A DNA stretch of 63,828 nt, filler included. It is 7 parts of 7 records of this genome, joined end to end, with 100 filler letters (N's around TTAATTAATTAA, not from the genome) between each part and the next. Parts side by side here need not be neighbours in the genome. Positions count along the whole stretch, not along the records: positions 6,185 to 14,699 come from SRR31147125_9797; positions 14,800 to 26,213 come from SRR31147125_9817; 5 more parts are not named here. One strand, 5' to 3'. Shown piece by piece: positions 10,035 through 20,900 of the stretch. The stretch's first letter is position 1. The number at the start of each line of letters is the position of its first letter. A model generated the notes under the pieces. It was not told the DNA's origin. It saw nothing but the letters and a program-made list of their open reading frames with translations, and did not search any database. A program made the translations under genes and the position numbers.

Positions 10035-11156
10035 ATGGATATTGAAAAGATAAGACAAGACATTGACAAAGTTGATAATCAGCTGGTTACATCTTTTGAG
10101 AAAAGAATGGAACTTGTTAAGCAGATTTCTGATTATAAGATTAAGAATAAGCTTCCTATTTTAAATGAGCAAAGAGAGCATGAGGTTATTGACCTTGCAC
10201 TAGAAAGGCTTAAAGATAAAGCTTTTAAATTTGAGTGCAAAGAGTTTTTAACATCAATCATGAATATTTCTAAAGAATATCAAGGTAAAATACTTGGTGA
10301 AGAAAACTTGAGGTTATTACAAGAACAAGGTGGAAAAATCGTTTATCCTGGAGTTGCGGGTTCTTTTTCTAACCAAGCAACGCAGGAATTTTTTACAGGA
10401 GATTATGTTTTTGAATCTGTTCCATCATTTAGAGACGTTTGTAGATTGGTTGCTGAAGGCAGAGCAAAATATGGTGTTTTACCCATTGAAAACAGTATTA
10501 CGGGTAGTGTGCTAGAAGCCATAGACAGAATAGAAGAGTATGATTGCCATATAGTTGGAGAGCATAAGGTTGCTATCAAGCATTGTCTTTTGGGACAAAA
10601 GAACGCTGAAAAAAACGATATTATCAATGTATACTCGCATCCTCAAGGTATTTCTCAATGTAAAGATTATATATTAGATAATGACTTTTCTGCGCACGAA
10701 GAAATAAATACAGCTACGGCAGCAAAGCTTGTTAAACAAAGCGACGATATAAGCAAAGCGGCAATTGCTTCTGAGGCTGCTGCAAAATTATATGACTTGA
10801 GAATTTTGGATTATAACATTCAAAAGAATTCTTCAAATGTAACGAGATTTGTTGTTATCAGCAAAACATATGATAAAAACCCAACAAACGATAAAATCAG
10901 TATCTCATTCACAGTTTCAAACAAACCAGGATCACTTTTCAACGTACTATCATTGTTTGATAAACTAGGTCTAAATATTTGTAGACTAGAATCGCGTCCA
11001 CAAAGCGACAAACCTTGGGATTATAAATTCTATCTTGACTTCAACGCATCATCGGAGGACGAGAGGATTAAGGTTGTATTTGGTCAACTTCAACTTGGTT
11101 GCGGATCTTTTAGAGTTATTGGTATGTATAAAGGATATGAGGATGTAGAGCTTTAA
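10035..11156 (+). CDS. pheA: Chorismate mutase / prephenate dehydratase (with ACT domain)
   Basis: N-terminal IRQDIDKVD...RM chorismate mutase; LPIENS, SHPQ, NVTRF; ACT domain KPGSL...LESRP. Confidence 0.93.
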   Translation: MDIEKIRQDIDKVDNQLVTSFEKRMELVKQISDYKIKNKLPILNEQREHEVIDLALERLKDKAFKFECKEFLTSIMNISKEYQGKILGEENLRLLQEQGGKIVYPGVAGSFSNQATQEFFTGDYVFESVPSFRDVCRLVAEGRAKYGVLPIENSITGSVLEAIDRIEEYDCHIVGEHKVAIKHCLLGQKNAEKNDIINVYSHPQGISQCKDYILDNDFSAHEEINTATAAKLVKQSDDISKAAIASEAAAKLYDLRILDYNIQKNSSNVTRFVVISKTYDKNPTNDKISISFTVSNKPGSLFNVLSLFDKLGLNICRLESRPQSDKPWDYKFYLDFNASSEDERIKVVFGQLQLGCGSFRVIGMYKGYEDVEL

Positions 11157-11307
11157 AGCTATACGTCTTATAATGGCAATCAAGGATATTTTATAACCCT
11201 TATGGTCATCTATATTCTTTTTACTAAAACCTGCAAACTGTTTTACGTTATTAGCAATTTAGCATCTTAAAAAAACAAACAGAAAAAATGTAAAGGTAAC
11301 AATAAAA

Positions 11308-12612
11308 ATGAAAAATGGTTTAATAGGAGAAAAGCTATCCCATAGCTATTCTCCGAAAATTCACGATATTATATACAAAGCTTTAGGTCAAAGTGAATCA
11401 TACGAATTGTTTGAGTTACAAGAAGATCAATTGAATGATTTTATCTGCAATTTAAAGTCAAGTGATTCTTGCTCTATAAATGTAACGATTCCTTATAAAA
11501 CAAAATGCATGCAATCCTTAGATACTGTATGCAAAAAAGCAAGCACGATTGGTGCAGTAAATACGATAGCTTTAAAGGATAAAAAACTCTATGGTTACAA
11601 CACAGATTGTGTTGGCTTTGAAGATATGCTTAAGCATAATTTTATTGATATTAAAAACCAAAGCTTTGCTATACTCGGTTCGGGAGGATCATCAAAGGCT
11701 ATTGTCTATCAACTCATTTCCAGCGGTTCTAAAGAGGTTATTATATATACTAGAGATGTAGAAAAAGCAAAAAAAACTTTTGATATGAATATTGATGGGT
11801 ATGCATTTAAATCATACGACGAACTTGATTTAAAGGATGCGCTATTAATTAACACAACACCTGTTGGTATGTATCCAAATATCGATGTTTGCCCTATTAA
11901 GCCGGAAAAGCTCGACGGATGCAAGTGCGTAATTGATATAATATACAACCCTACAACTACAAAGCTTTTGGAATATGCTAACCAAAAAGGAATACAAGCC
12001 ATAAATGGATTTTTTATGCTGGTAAGTCAGGCTGTTAAGGCACAGGAAATTTGGCAGGATATCAAACTGGATGATTCACTTACTCGGCATATATATAACT
12101 TAATTAAACCAGACGGTGCAGGAAATATAGTCTTAATCGGCATGCCGGGATGTGGAAAAACAACAATTGCAAAAAGTCTTTCAGAAAAACTAGATATGGA
12201 ATACATAGATATGGATGAGTATATTGAAGAAAACTTTGATAAGATTCCTAACCTATTTAAAAAGGGCGAAAAACACTTTCGAGATATTGAATCTCGGGTT
12301 GCTAATATAGTTTCTAAATCTAAAAACGCCGTTATCTCTACTGGTGGAGGCATTATAAAAAGAAAATCAAATATTGAAGCTTTATGTAATGGCTCATCAA
12401 TTTACTTTATAGATAGACCACTTGATTTTATACTGGAAGATATAGAGCATTCGACTAGACCTTTGCTGAACGGAAATAAACAGAGCGTTATCAACTTATA
12501 TAATGATAGAATTGATATATATAAATCTTCTTGTCATAAAATTGTTTTAAACAACAAAAATATTGATTCCTGTGTGGATGAAATAATAAAAGACTGGAAA
12601 GGAATATTATAA
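11308..12612 (+). CDS. aroE-aroK: Shikimate dehydrogenase - shikimate kinase fusion
   Basis: HSYSPKIH, NVTIPYK, GAVNT, NTD, GSGGS, DIIYNP; then GMPGCGKT, FRDIE, STGGG, RPLL kinase motifs. Confidence 0.93.
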   Translation: MKNGLIGEKLSHSYSPKIHDIIYKALGQSESYELFELQEDQLNDFICNLKSSDSCSINVTIPYKTKCMQSLDTVCKKASTIGAVNTIALKDKKLYGYNTDCVGFEDMLKHNFIDIKNQSFAILGSGGSSKAIVYQLISSGSKEVIIYTRDVEKAKKTFDMNIDGYAFKSYDELDLKDALLINTTPVGMYPNIDVCPIKPEKLDGCKCVIDIIYNPTTTKLLEYANQKGIQAINGFFMLVSQAVKAQEIWQDIKLDDSLTRHIYNLIKPDGAGNIVLIGMPGCGKTTIAKSLSEKLDMEYIDMDEYIEENFDKIPNLFKKGEKHFRDIESRVANIVSKSKNAVISTGGGIIKRKSNIEALCNGSSIYFIDRPLDFILEDIEHSTRPLLNGNKQSVINLYNDRIDIYKSSCHKIVLNNKNIDSCVDEIIKDWKGIL

Positions 12613-13046
12613 TGAAAATACTTGTGATAAATGGGCCAAACTTAAATATGTTGGGAAAAAGAGAACCTGAGATATACGGATATAAAACTTTAAGTGATTT
12701 AGAATCTTACGTTAAAGAATATGCTGATAGTAAAGATATAGATACTGAATTTTTCCAATCCAATTATGAAGGCGATATTGTAGAAAAAATACATAGTACG
12801 CTGGATACATTTGATGCAATAATAATAAACCCTGCTGCATTCACTCATTATAGTTATGCTATTTTAGATGCTATAAAATCAGTAACCACCCCTTGCTTTG
12901 AAGTTCATCTTTCTGATATCAGCAAAAGAGAAGCTTTTAGACAACATTCTGTAACAAAACAAGGATGTGTTGACCAAATATCAGGTCTTGGTTTTGATAG
13001 TTATTTAAAAGCCATTGACCTTATTATTACTCATCTAGCGGAGTAG
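12612..13046 (+). CDS. aroQ: Type II 3-dehydroquinate dehydratase
   Basis: NGPNLNMLGKREPEIYG, INPAAFTHYS, EVHLS, REAFR. Confidence 0.96.
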   Translation: MKILVINGPNLNMLGKREPEIYGYKTLSDLESYVKEYADSKDIDTEFFQSNYEGDIVEKIHSTLDTFDAIIINPAAFTHYSYAILDAIKSVTTPCFEVHLSDISKREAFRQHSVTKQGCVDQISGLGFDSYLKAIDLIITHLAE

Positions 13047-14277
13047 CATCGTCTTCATCAAACTGAGCACATATATCGTTATAAGCATCCACTATTTTTT
13101 CTTGATGCTCTTCATCTAATGATTTTAAAAGGCTTTCATCGTGTAAATATTTGCCTGCTGGCAAAATCACATGACCGGAAGCTTCTGTTTTATAAATCCT
13201 TGTGCTTTTAATAAGCGTCGGCACATATGTAATTTCATCCAAAGTAACTACACCCTCAGGTGTTTTTCTGATCGTTAAGTTTAAAACTACACCAGAATTG
13301 TTAAATCGGTTTCTCATATTTGCCAAAAAGTTTCCTAAAGAATATGCAACAAACCCTTCTCTAGTTTCTCCGTCTTCCGTTATAGCTTTCATTCTCTCGG
13401 CAGGCTGAACAACATGAGGATGGCTTCCTATAACTGCATCGGCTCCATATCCAATAAACTCTTCTGCATATCGTACTTGTTTTCCAGAATTAATGGTGCT
13501 ATATTCTACACCCCAATGTGGCATTATAATAATATAATCACATCCAAGCTCACGCATGTTTTGCATATCCAGCTTAACTTGCTCTTTGTCTTCCCAGAAT
13601 CTTAAAACAAATTTTTTGTTTTCAAAAGAATTTACTGCTGTTGTTTTCCATGTATATGCAACAACGCCTATCTTTATACCTTGAATATCCTTTATATAAT
13701 AATCATAAAAACTTTGTTCATCCAAGCTGACACCAGTATTATCCATGCCTAGTTTTTCCAAGTTTTCAAGCGTTCTTTGTATGCCCACTTCTCGTCTATC
13801 TAAAATATGGTTATTCGCAAGACCTACTAAATCAAAACCACAATATTGCAAAGCCTCGATAAAGCTTTCTGGCGTGTTAAAATCAGGATACCCACTATAA
13901 CCTAGTTCAGCTCCTGAAATAGTCGTTTCTAAATTTACTACAGCAAAATCAGCCGCACTAACTGTATCTTTTATCTCTTCAAATGTTGGCTTAAATTCAT
14001 ACGTATTTGGGTCATCATCATAGTCATTTTCTAGTTGTGTTCCATGCACCATTACATCCCCAGCAAAAGCTAAAGTAATAACCGTGTCTTCTGGTTCTGG
14101 TTCAGGTGAAGGCGTTGGGACATATGTTTCAACTGGTGTTGCAACATACACTATATCCTCTTCATTGCTTACTTCTTTTTCAAAAATAATAAAGCTATCA
14201 ATAAACACAACAAAGGCAATAGCAATCATTATAGCTACGCCAAAAATTATAACAACTCTATTTCTAAATTTCTCCAT
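13027..14277 (-). CDS. CapA/PGA_cap family metallophosphoesterase-fold membrane-anchored protein
   Basis: N-terminal TM plus PTPSPEPEP linker; AGDVM, NLET, ANNH, PHWG, GSHPHV, YSLGNF. Start moved to ATG 14277 (GGGGA RBS). Converges on aroQ with a 20-nt overlap. Confidence 0.88.
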   Translation of the reverse strand: MEKFRNRVVIIFGVAIMIAIAFVVFIDSFIIFEKEVSNEEDIVYVATPVETYVPTPSPEPEPEDTVITLAFAGDVMVHGTQLENDYDDDPNTYEFKPTFEEIKDTVSAADFAVVNLETTISGAELGYSGYPDFNTPESFIEALQYCGFDLVGLANNHILDRREVGIQRTLENLEKLGMDNTGVSLDEQSFYDYYIKDIQGIKIGVVAYTWKTTAVNSFENKKFVLRFWEDKEQVKLDMQNMRELGCDYIIIMPHWGVEYSTINSGKQVRYAEEFIGYGADAVIGSHPHVVQPAERMKAITEDGETREGFVAYSLGNFLANMRNRFNNSGVVLNLTIRKTPEGVVTLDEITYVPTLIKSTRIYKTEASGHVILPAGKYLHDESLLKSLDEEHQEKIVDAYNDICAQFDEDDATPLDE

Positions 14278-14318
14278 AATATCCCCATAATTAATGTAGG
14301 TTAAAAAAACATTGGCTT

Positions 14319-14699
14319 TTATATTTTTAACAATATCCTTGGATAAAAAACTTTTTCCATCTTCAAGCATAATCCATCTAAATAAAAATAATCAGCCATA
14401 TTCCCCACAGAAAACTCAACTTTTTTTAGCCAAATGTTTTCATAATCTAAAAACATTCTCTTATTAAGCTTTCTGTCCCCAAATAAGTCATCCCCCAAAA
14501 CTGGGTTGCCAAGGTATGCCATATGCACATATGCTTGGTTTTTTCTCATTGTAATCGGTTTTATTTCTACTCTAGAACACTTGTGATACTCTCTTAATAA
14601 TTTGTATCTTGTTACTATTGCAGAAGCCTCTGGATTTACGTTTTTAAAGACTCGGTATTTATTGTTCATATAATTCTGAACTTCATCTACTCTTTTTTT
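14319..14699 (-). CDS. RluA-family pseudouridine synthase-like protein, C-terminal part (5' truncated, degenerate motif)
   Basis: IVTRYKLL, ITMRKNQAYVHMAYLGNPVLGDDLFGD resembles TGRTHQIRVHxAxxGHPIxGDxxYG. Confidence 0.65.
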   Translation of the reverse strand, partial: KKRVDEVQNYMNNKYRVFKNVNPEASAIVTRYKLLREYHKCSRVEIKPITMRKNQAYVHMAYLGNPVLGDDLFGDRKLNKRMFLDYENIWLKKVEFSVGNMADYFYLDGLCLKMEKVFYPRILLKI

Positions 14700-14799
14700 N
14701 NNNNNNNNNNNNNNNNNNNNNNNNNNNNNNNNNNNNNNNNNNNTTAATTAATTAANNNNNNNNNNNNNNNNNNNNNNNNNNNNNNNNNNNNNNNNNNNN
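14700..14799. other. Artificial contig linker
   Basis: N-run / TTAATTAATTAA / N-run. Confidence 0.98.
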
Positions 14800-15932
14800 T
14801 TTTAAAAAAAGCTGCCGGCTCAATGGCAATAGCCGGAATGGTAGGGACAGAACATTTTATTCTTCCCCCAAATTCCCATGCACAAGAGAAAAAATCATTA
14901 GATCCGTCTGAAATGATTGCCTACAGGACACTGGGACGTACCGGTATGAAATACACAACCCTGGGATTTGGTGCTATGCGAACATCCGATCCGGCTGTTA
15001 TTCGTAAAGCTGTAGATATGGGTGTTAACAACATCGATACAGCCAGGGGATATATGGACGGCATTAATGAAGAAATTGTAGGCAAGGCGATCAAAGACAT
15101 CCGGGATCAGCTTCATATTACAACGAAAATCAAAATCTCTAACAAGAAATCGTTGATCAAAGATGCTGAGGCGAGTCTAAAAGCAATTGGGACGGATTAT
15201 GTCGATATCCTTCTCTTACACAGTATGAAATCAGAGCAAGACATTGAAAATGATGAAGCCAAAGAAGTTTTGGAAAAACTCAAAAAAGAAGGCAAAATTC
15301 GTTTTGCAGGTTTCTCCACCCACCGTAATATGGCAAAAATCATTCGTGCATCCCTCAAAGACAAATTTTTTGATGTCATATTAACTGCTTATAACTTTAA
15401 GGCAGACGATGAGCTAAAAAAGGCTATTGCAGAGGCCAGTAAAGCCAACATTGGCATTATCGCGATGAAAACACAGGCAGGTGGTTATGAAAGCGATAAA
15501 ATGGGTAACTTTAACGCGCATCAGGCTGCCTTGAAATGGGTTCTGTCCGATGAAAATGTAACCTGTGCCATTCCCTCCATGGTCACATTTGACCATGTCG
15601 ATGAAAACTTTAAGGTGATGAACAGTCAGATGGGCTGGATGGATCGCAAAACACTTTATCGTTATGGTCATATCATTGACAAAGATCTGTGTCGTATGTG
15701 TGGAGAATGTACAGGACAATGTCCGTTTGGAGTCTCGGTTGCTGATATAAATCGTTGTATCATGTATAACGATGCTTACATGGATAACAACCTGGCGATC
15801 GAAAATTATAAACAATTATCAATTACAGAAAATATCTCACAGTGCACGAACTGCGATATTTGTACAGTGCAATGCCATCATGGACTGAACATCGCAGCAA
15901 AAATGAATCGTGCGGTTGAACTATTTGCGTAA
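14800..15932 (+). CDS. Aldo/keto reductase with C-terminal 4Fe-4S dicluster and probable Tat leader (5' truncated)
   Basis: YRTLGRTG, IDTARGY, TTK, LLH; CRMCGECTGQCP and CTNCDICTVQC; the frame continues upstream as (F)LKKAAGS, like the end of RRxFLK. Confidence 0.88.
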
Positions 15933-15941
15933 GAGGCAAAA

Positions 15942-16841
15942 ATGAAAAAGGTCATTTCTATTTATCTTATTATCTCTGTTTTTCTACTCATTCATCACGT
16001 TTTTGCAGGTTCAAAAGAAAAATTATCCGAATTTACACCCGAACCTGATTCCATGCCAGGATGGCAATGGGATTTTGAACCGGAATTTTACAACCCGGAA
16101 AACCTGTTCGAATACATTAATGGTGAGGCTGAACTTTATAACGATTATAAATTTGTCAATATGGTTACAGCCTCGTATGCACAAAAAGAAAATGAATCCA
16201 TTACGTTCACAATCGATGTTTATGATATGGGCACACCTTTACATGCTTTTGGTATTTACAGCAGTTTCCGTCGACCGGATCTAAACTTTGCACAAATCGG
16301 TGACGAAGCCATCATGTCTGATTTGAATATCCGGTTTTATAAGGACAAATATTTTGTACAATTAAACGCGGGCTCTACAGACAAGGTTGTAAAGGAAACC
16401 ATAACTGATATTGCGGGGAAAATCGCTAATAATATACCCGGTACACCGCTTATCAAGGAGCTGGCTTTCCTGCCAGAAGAAAATCAGGTGCCTCATTCCT
16501 TAAAATATATCACCAATGGCTTTATGGGCCAATCAGCATTTGAGCAGAGTCTTCAGGCAGAGTACAAAAATGATTCCGGACAATATGTTGGTTATCTGGT
16601 TATTTTTGACAATAATGAAAAAGCCATTGAGGGAATGAATGCGTTCAAAGCAAATGTAGAAAAAAGAGGTATGTTAAAAAAAGCTGAAAAGGAATCTAAT
16701 TCAACAAAACTTTATATTGAGGATCAGTTTAAAGGAAAGATTATTGCGTCCTTGTATTCACATTATATCATTGGTGTTTCAGGATATACCAATCAAGCGG
16801 ACGCTGAAACATTCATGCAAAATTTACAATCGCGGCTGTAA
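15942..16841 (+). CDS. Exported protein, DUF6599-like
   Basis: Signal peptide; NLFEYINGEAELY, DVYDMGTPLHAFGIYS, FYKDKYFV as recalled for this family. Confidence 0.7.
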   Translation: MKKVISIYLIISVFLLIHHVFAGSKEKLSEFTPEPDSMPGWQWDFEPEFYNPENLFEYINGEAELYNDYKFVNMVTASYAQKENESITFTIDVYDMGTPLHAFGIYSSFRRPDLNFAQIGDEAIMSDLNIRFYKDKYFVQLNAGSTDKVVKETITDIAGKIANNIPGTPLIKELAFLPEENQVPHSLKYITNGFMGQSAFEQSLQAEYKNDSGQYVGYLVIFDNNEKAIEGMNAFKANVEKRGMLKKAEKESNSTKLYIEDQFKGKIIASLYSHYIIGVSGYTNQADAETFMQNLQSRL

Positions 16842-16852
16842 TATATTCGGGT

Positions 16853-17884
16853 TTAAAAATAAAATGCCCCGGATATTCTGTGAGTATTATCCAGATCGTT
16901 TGATATAAAGGCATAATCAATTTTTAAACCAAAAAAATTCAAACCCGCGCCGGTTGTCAATTCACCATCATAAGCTCCGGCGCGGAGAGCGATTGTATTA
17001 AAAAACAACATTTCCCCGCCGGCGTGCATTTCATCATAAAATCCAAATTCTTTATCTACAGAGACGATAAAACGTGTGTGTAACTTCTTAAACAAAACAG
17101 ACGCAGCTAATCCAGCCTGAGCTCCTAAATCAATATAATCTTTATGCTTGGAACCCGTATTCCAGATCATGCTGGTCCGTGACAGATCCCGAAGCTGAAT
17201 ACCTAATCCAAACCATCTATTCGCCTCACCAGCTGTTTTATGACGACTCACAAAACGCAGCATAGCTCCGGCATCCAGGCCCTGCCCTGTTCCCAGAGCA
17301 TCATCAAGACTCTGACGAATATATTTTCCGGTTATACCAAAAGAGAGTTCCATGGGTATAACGAGCGTTGAGTATCCTCTGCCTAAATACAGATCAAAAT
17401 AATCTGTTCGACTAAAAGTCACCAAAACGGCATCTTCCTTGTCAGCAAAATAACCTTCTGCAACGCCAGTGGATCGATACTCCGAGTTGATCAATCTATC
17501 ATAAGAAGAACCTTGCAAGCTTCCATAACGGGGAATATCATCAACTCCCAGACGGATCCAGCTAATGGCAACAGCCATCTTGTCATTAAATCCCAGATTA
17601 GCAGAAACAGCATTATATTGCGACAATCCATTAAACAAAGACGCATGGTCAAAATGAACGGAATATTTTTTAATCCTTGACACACCCGCAGGATTCCAGT
17701 AAAAGGCAGATGCATCATCTGCGACAGCTGCAAAGGCTCCACCCATTGACTGTGCCCGTGCCCCAACACCAATACGCAGAAAATCAGCCGCATAATCACC
17801 TGAATAAACGGGTGTATAAAGTGCCAATTGAGCTAAAACAAGGAGACAGATATAATAAATAAACTTTTTTCCTAATCCACGCAT
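16853..17884 (-). CDS. PorV/PorQ-family outer-membrane beta-barrel
   Basis: Signal peptide; FLRIGVGARAQSMGGAFAAVADDASAFYWNPAG; LRAG, IDYAF, THRIS; ends in YF. Start uncertain (ATG 17884 or GTG 17908). Confidence 0.82.
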   Translation of the reverse strand: MRGLGKKFIYYICLLVLAQLALYTPVYSGDYAADFLRIGVGARAQSMGGAFAAVADDASAFYWNPAGVSRIKKYSVHFDHASLFNGLSQYNAVSANLGFNDKMAVAISWIRLGVDDIPRYGSLQGSSYDRLINSEYRSTGVAEGYFADKEDAVLVTFSRTDYFDLYLGRGYSTLVIPMELSFGITGKYIRQSLDDALGTGQGLDAGAMLRFVSRHKTAGEANRWFGLGIQLRDLSRTSMIWNTGSKHKDYIDLGAQAGLAASVLFKKLHTRFIVSVDKEFGFYDEMHAGGEMLFFNTIALRAGAYDGELTTGAGLNFFGLKIDYAFISNDLDNTHRISGAFYF

Positions 17885-17918
17885 ACAATAAACCTTCCAG
17901 TCCCTCACATCATCCTCT

Positions 17919-20900
17919 TTATTGTAATCTTGCCATTTTTTCAATCTTTTCAATCTTTTTGTCATCACGATGAGCCGTAAATTTCAAATAATAAACACCA
18001 TTTGCTACCTGATTTCCATCCTCATCACAACCATCCCAGTCCTGCTCGACGTAGCCGATTATATCATAATATTTAAATGTTCGAATAAGGCGTCCGGAAA
18101 CAGTATAAATACCCAGTTTTACTTCCTCAGCCATATCGGTTATTGAAAAAACGATCGTTGTCCTGTCAACAAAAGGATTGGGATGATTGGCAATAAATTG
18201 AAGCAAAAAGTCATTCCCTGTCGAAAAATGAACCTGCATCTCAGCTTCATTGCCATTTAAATCCATTGCTGTTATTTCCAAACTATGATCGCCTGATTCA
18301 AGCGCAGGAATAAAAGTCACTGTCATAAATCGATTGGTTCCGGATTCATGAAACAGAGTGACCTCATTTTCATCCACCCTGTTATTATCTAAATAAAGAG
18401 TAACCGGACTGGAATCGAAATCAAAACCGCTGTTATCTTCAATTGAAAACGCAAATACGGGATTTTGACCGACAACATCCCCATTAGCGAAATTTTGCCC
18501 TTTTACATTAATCGAAATTATGGGCGCTTCTGTATCCAAACTGGCCAGTAGTGCAAACGTTGTATATCCCGAAGGCAACAGAGCGGTAACCATCCCGGAA
18601 TTTGTATCAATTGTACTTTTCAGTCCATGCCAGATATTACTTTTACTATTCCAGGCATAGAGACGCAGAGCCTGCTCTGATAAATATCTCTGTGTCGTGG
18701 TATCGGCATTGTCATAGATCGCAGCCACGGTTATGGGTTTGTTAATAGTAGTGTTGCTATCATTAAAAACGATATTTAAAGCAGAAAAGCCATCCGAATT
18801 TTTCGTTTTTATTGGCGTCAGATTGGATTCCTGTGCGGATTGCACAAATTCTTCGTTCCAAATCACATTAAAATCTATCAACGTATTTTGACTAAGGGCA
18901 GCCGGGGGGATATTGATGGCAAAGGTTCCTTGCGTGAGTTGCATAAAACCACTGGTACCCTTTTCAGCACTGGCCAGCCATATGTTTTTCTGGGTGATAT
19001 TATTATTTTCGTTCGATTCCTCTATACTGTTTTCCTGGTCTACCTGGAATGTGACATTTGTCGGTCCGGTTGAAGAATTTGACCAAATAAAGTAGACAGA
19101 TGTGTCGCAGCGAGCGTCTAATTGTTCTATAAATCGTGTCGTTCCAATTTTTTTTGTTTCATCTACAACCAGGCCCTCATAAAGATTGATAGAAAAAGTC
19201 CCAATATTTGCATCACCAATATTATTGATAGTAGCCCAAATTCGGACATCTTGACTACCATCCAACCGGATACTTTGGCCATCAACAACAAGGTCACCAC
19301 GATAGCCAATGGCAAAAGAATTTGTCACGTCTGTTATTTTATGATTTTCCTGATTTGTTGCCACAACCCGATAAAAAACGGTGGAACCTTCTATCCACTG
19401 CAATGGTGACGTTGATTTGAAAACGCCATTACTCATTTCATTCAGGGGGATGCTTTCCCATGTTTTATTATTTGTCGAGTATTCCATAACGACAGATTTT
19501 AACACTCCAAAAGTCTGAAGACTGGTTGTATCAATGTTCACCATAAACCAGGTTGGTTCCATGTGTTGTGGCTTTTCAGGAACCGGATAAACAGACTCTA
19601 CAAACGGTTTATTAATAAGAAAACTGGTTGAACTGGCCGCGTTTTCATTTCCATCGGTGAAATAGGCGCGCACCAGGCCCTGTCCGCCTGAGGTTCCCCA
19701 CACCTTTCTCATGTTGGAATCCAGTGTCAGCACATCAACTGAAAACGTGCCATTTTCAATGGTCAGACTTTTTTGTGCTAACAACGAATCATTCTCATTG
19801 AAAGCGGATAACGTTAACTCACCACTGCTTTTACCGGGGACATTCCCGGACACTAAAAGATGATCACCTACATCAAATGAATTTTTATTGAGGTTTAGTT
19901 CAATTATATCCAGAGGCAATTTCAGCGCAAGTGCCGGATCACCAATAAGAATATAGTTTTTAACATGATCCCAGTAGCTATTGGTTGACTGGATCATATC
20001 ATATTTGGCCAGAGTGACGACCTCCCCGATCCGCTGAATTCCATGCTCAAAAATCATTCTAAATACGGAATAATTGAGAAAATAATTTCCATACAAATAA
20101 GCCCGGCCAGAGGATCCAAAATGAGCCACAATACCTTTGTCTTCCGCTTTTATAAGGTCCTCACTTAATGAGGCCAGCTCAGGATTATCAAAGTGTCCAA
20201 CAAAGCACGTCATACTGAATGTGACAGGATATTTATCCTTGTTATTTAACAAAGCAATATCCTCTGTCATAAAAAGCTCTGAATCAAAATAGACACCACC
20301 GCCACCATGGCCAACAAAATTCAAAAAAGACTGGCCATTATTGATATTTTTTGCAACATCTTCTGTGCTGCCAAAATGCGAAGAAGAAAATTCGGTAGAA
20401 ACCCAGTCTGCCAGGAAACGCTTTGGCAGATGGTGATCATAAAGAAATTGGGCACTTTGCTCATAGGATTGACTGTTGCCAGCCAGCAAACAAACATGTC
20501 TGCGCCACTCTTCAGCGAGCTGTTTCGTTTCATAATCGATGGTTTTTTGCACCATGATCTCCGCTTCTTCAGGAGTATCTGCTGGAAACCGGCCAATATA
20601 CATATCCGGGAGCGGATCATCCCCGGCCACAGCAACAAAATAATTGTCACTGGCTGTCATGCCCCAGGAGACAGTATTCTCCATCATCGTTGGAACAAAG
20701 GTCTGAAAATTCGAATCACGTGCTATTTGTTTATCCATATTATGAGTGGTATCACCGAACAATAAAATATAGGCGGGCGCAGGTGCGCTCCAGTTATTAT
20801 AAGCATATTTCATAAAGGTTCGGATTGCCCTGGGATCATAAATTCCAAAATTAAACTCGTCATAAACATCCTGAATATCCACGACCTTTGTCCGAAATCC

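Noticed and set aside
13027-13046. Convergent 20-nt overlap of aroQ and the CapA-family gene
   Set aside because: Short tail-to-tail overlaps are common; no sign of regulation.
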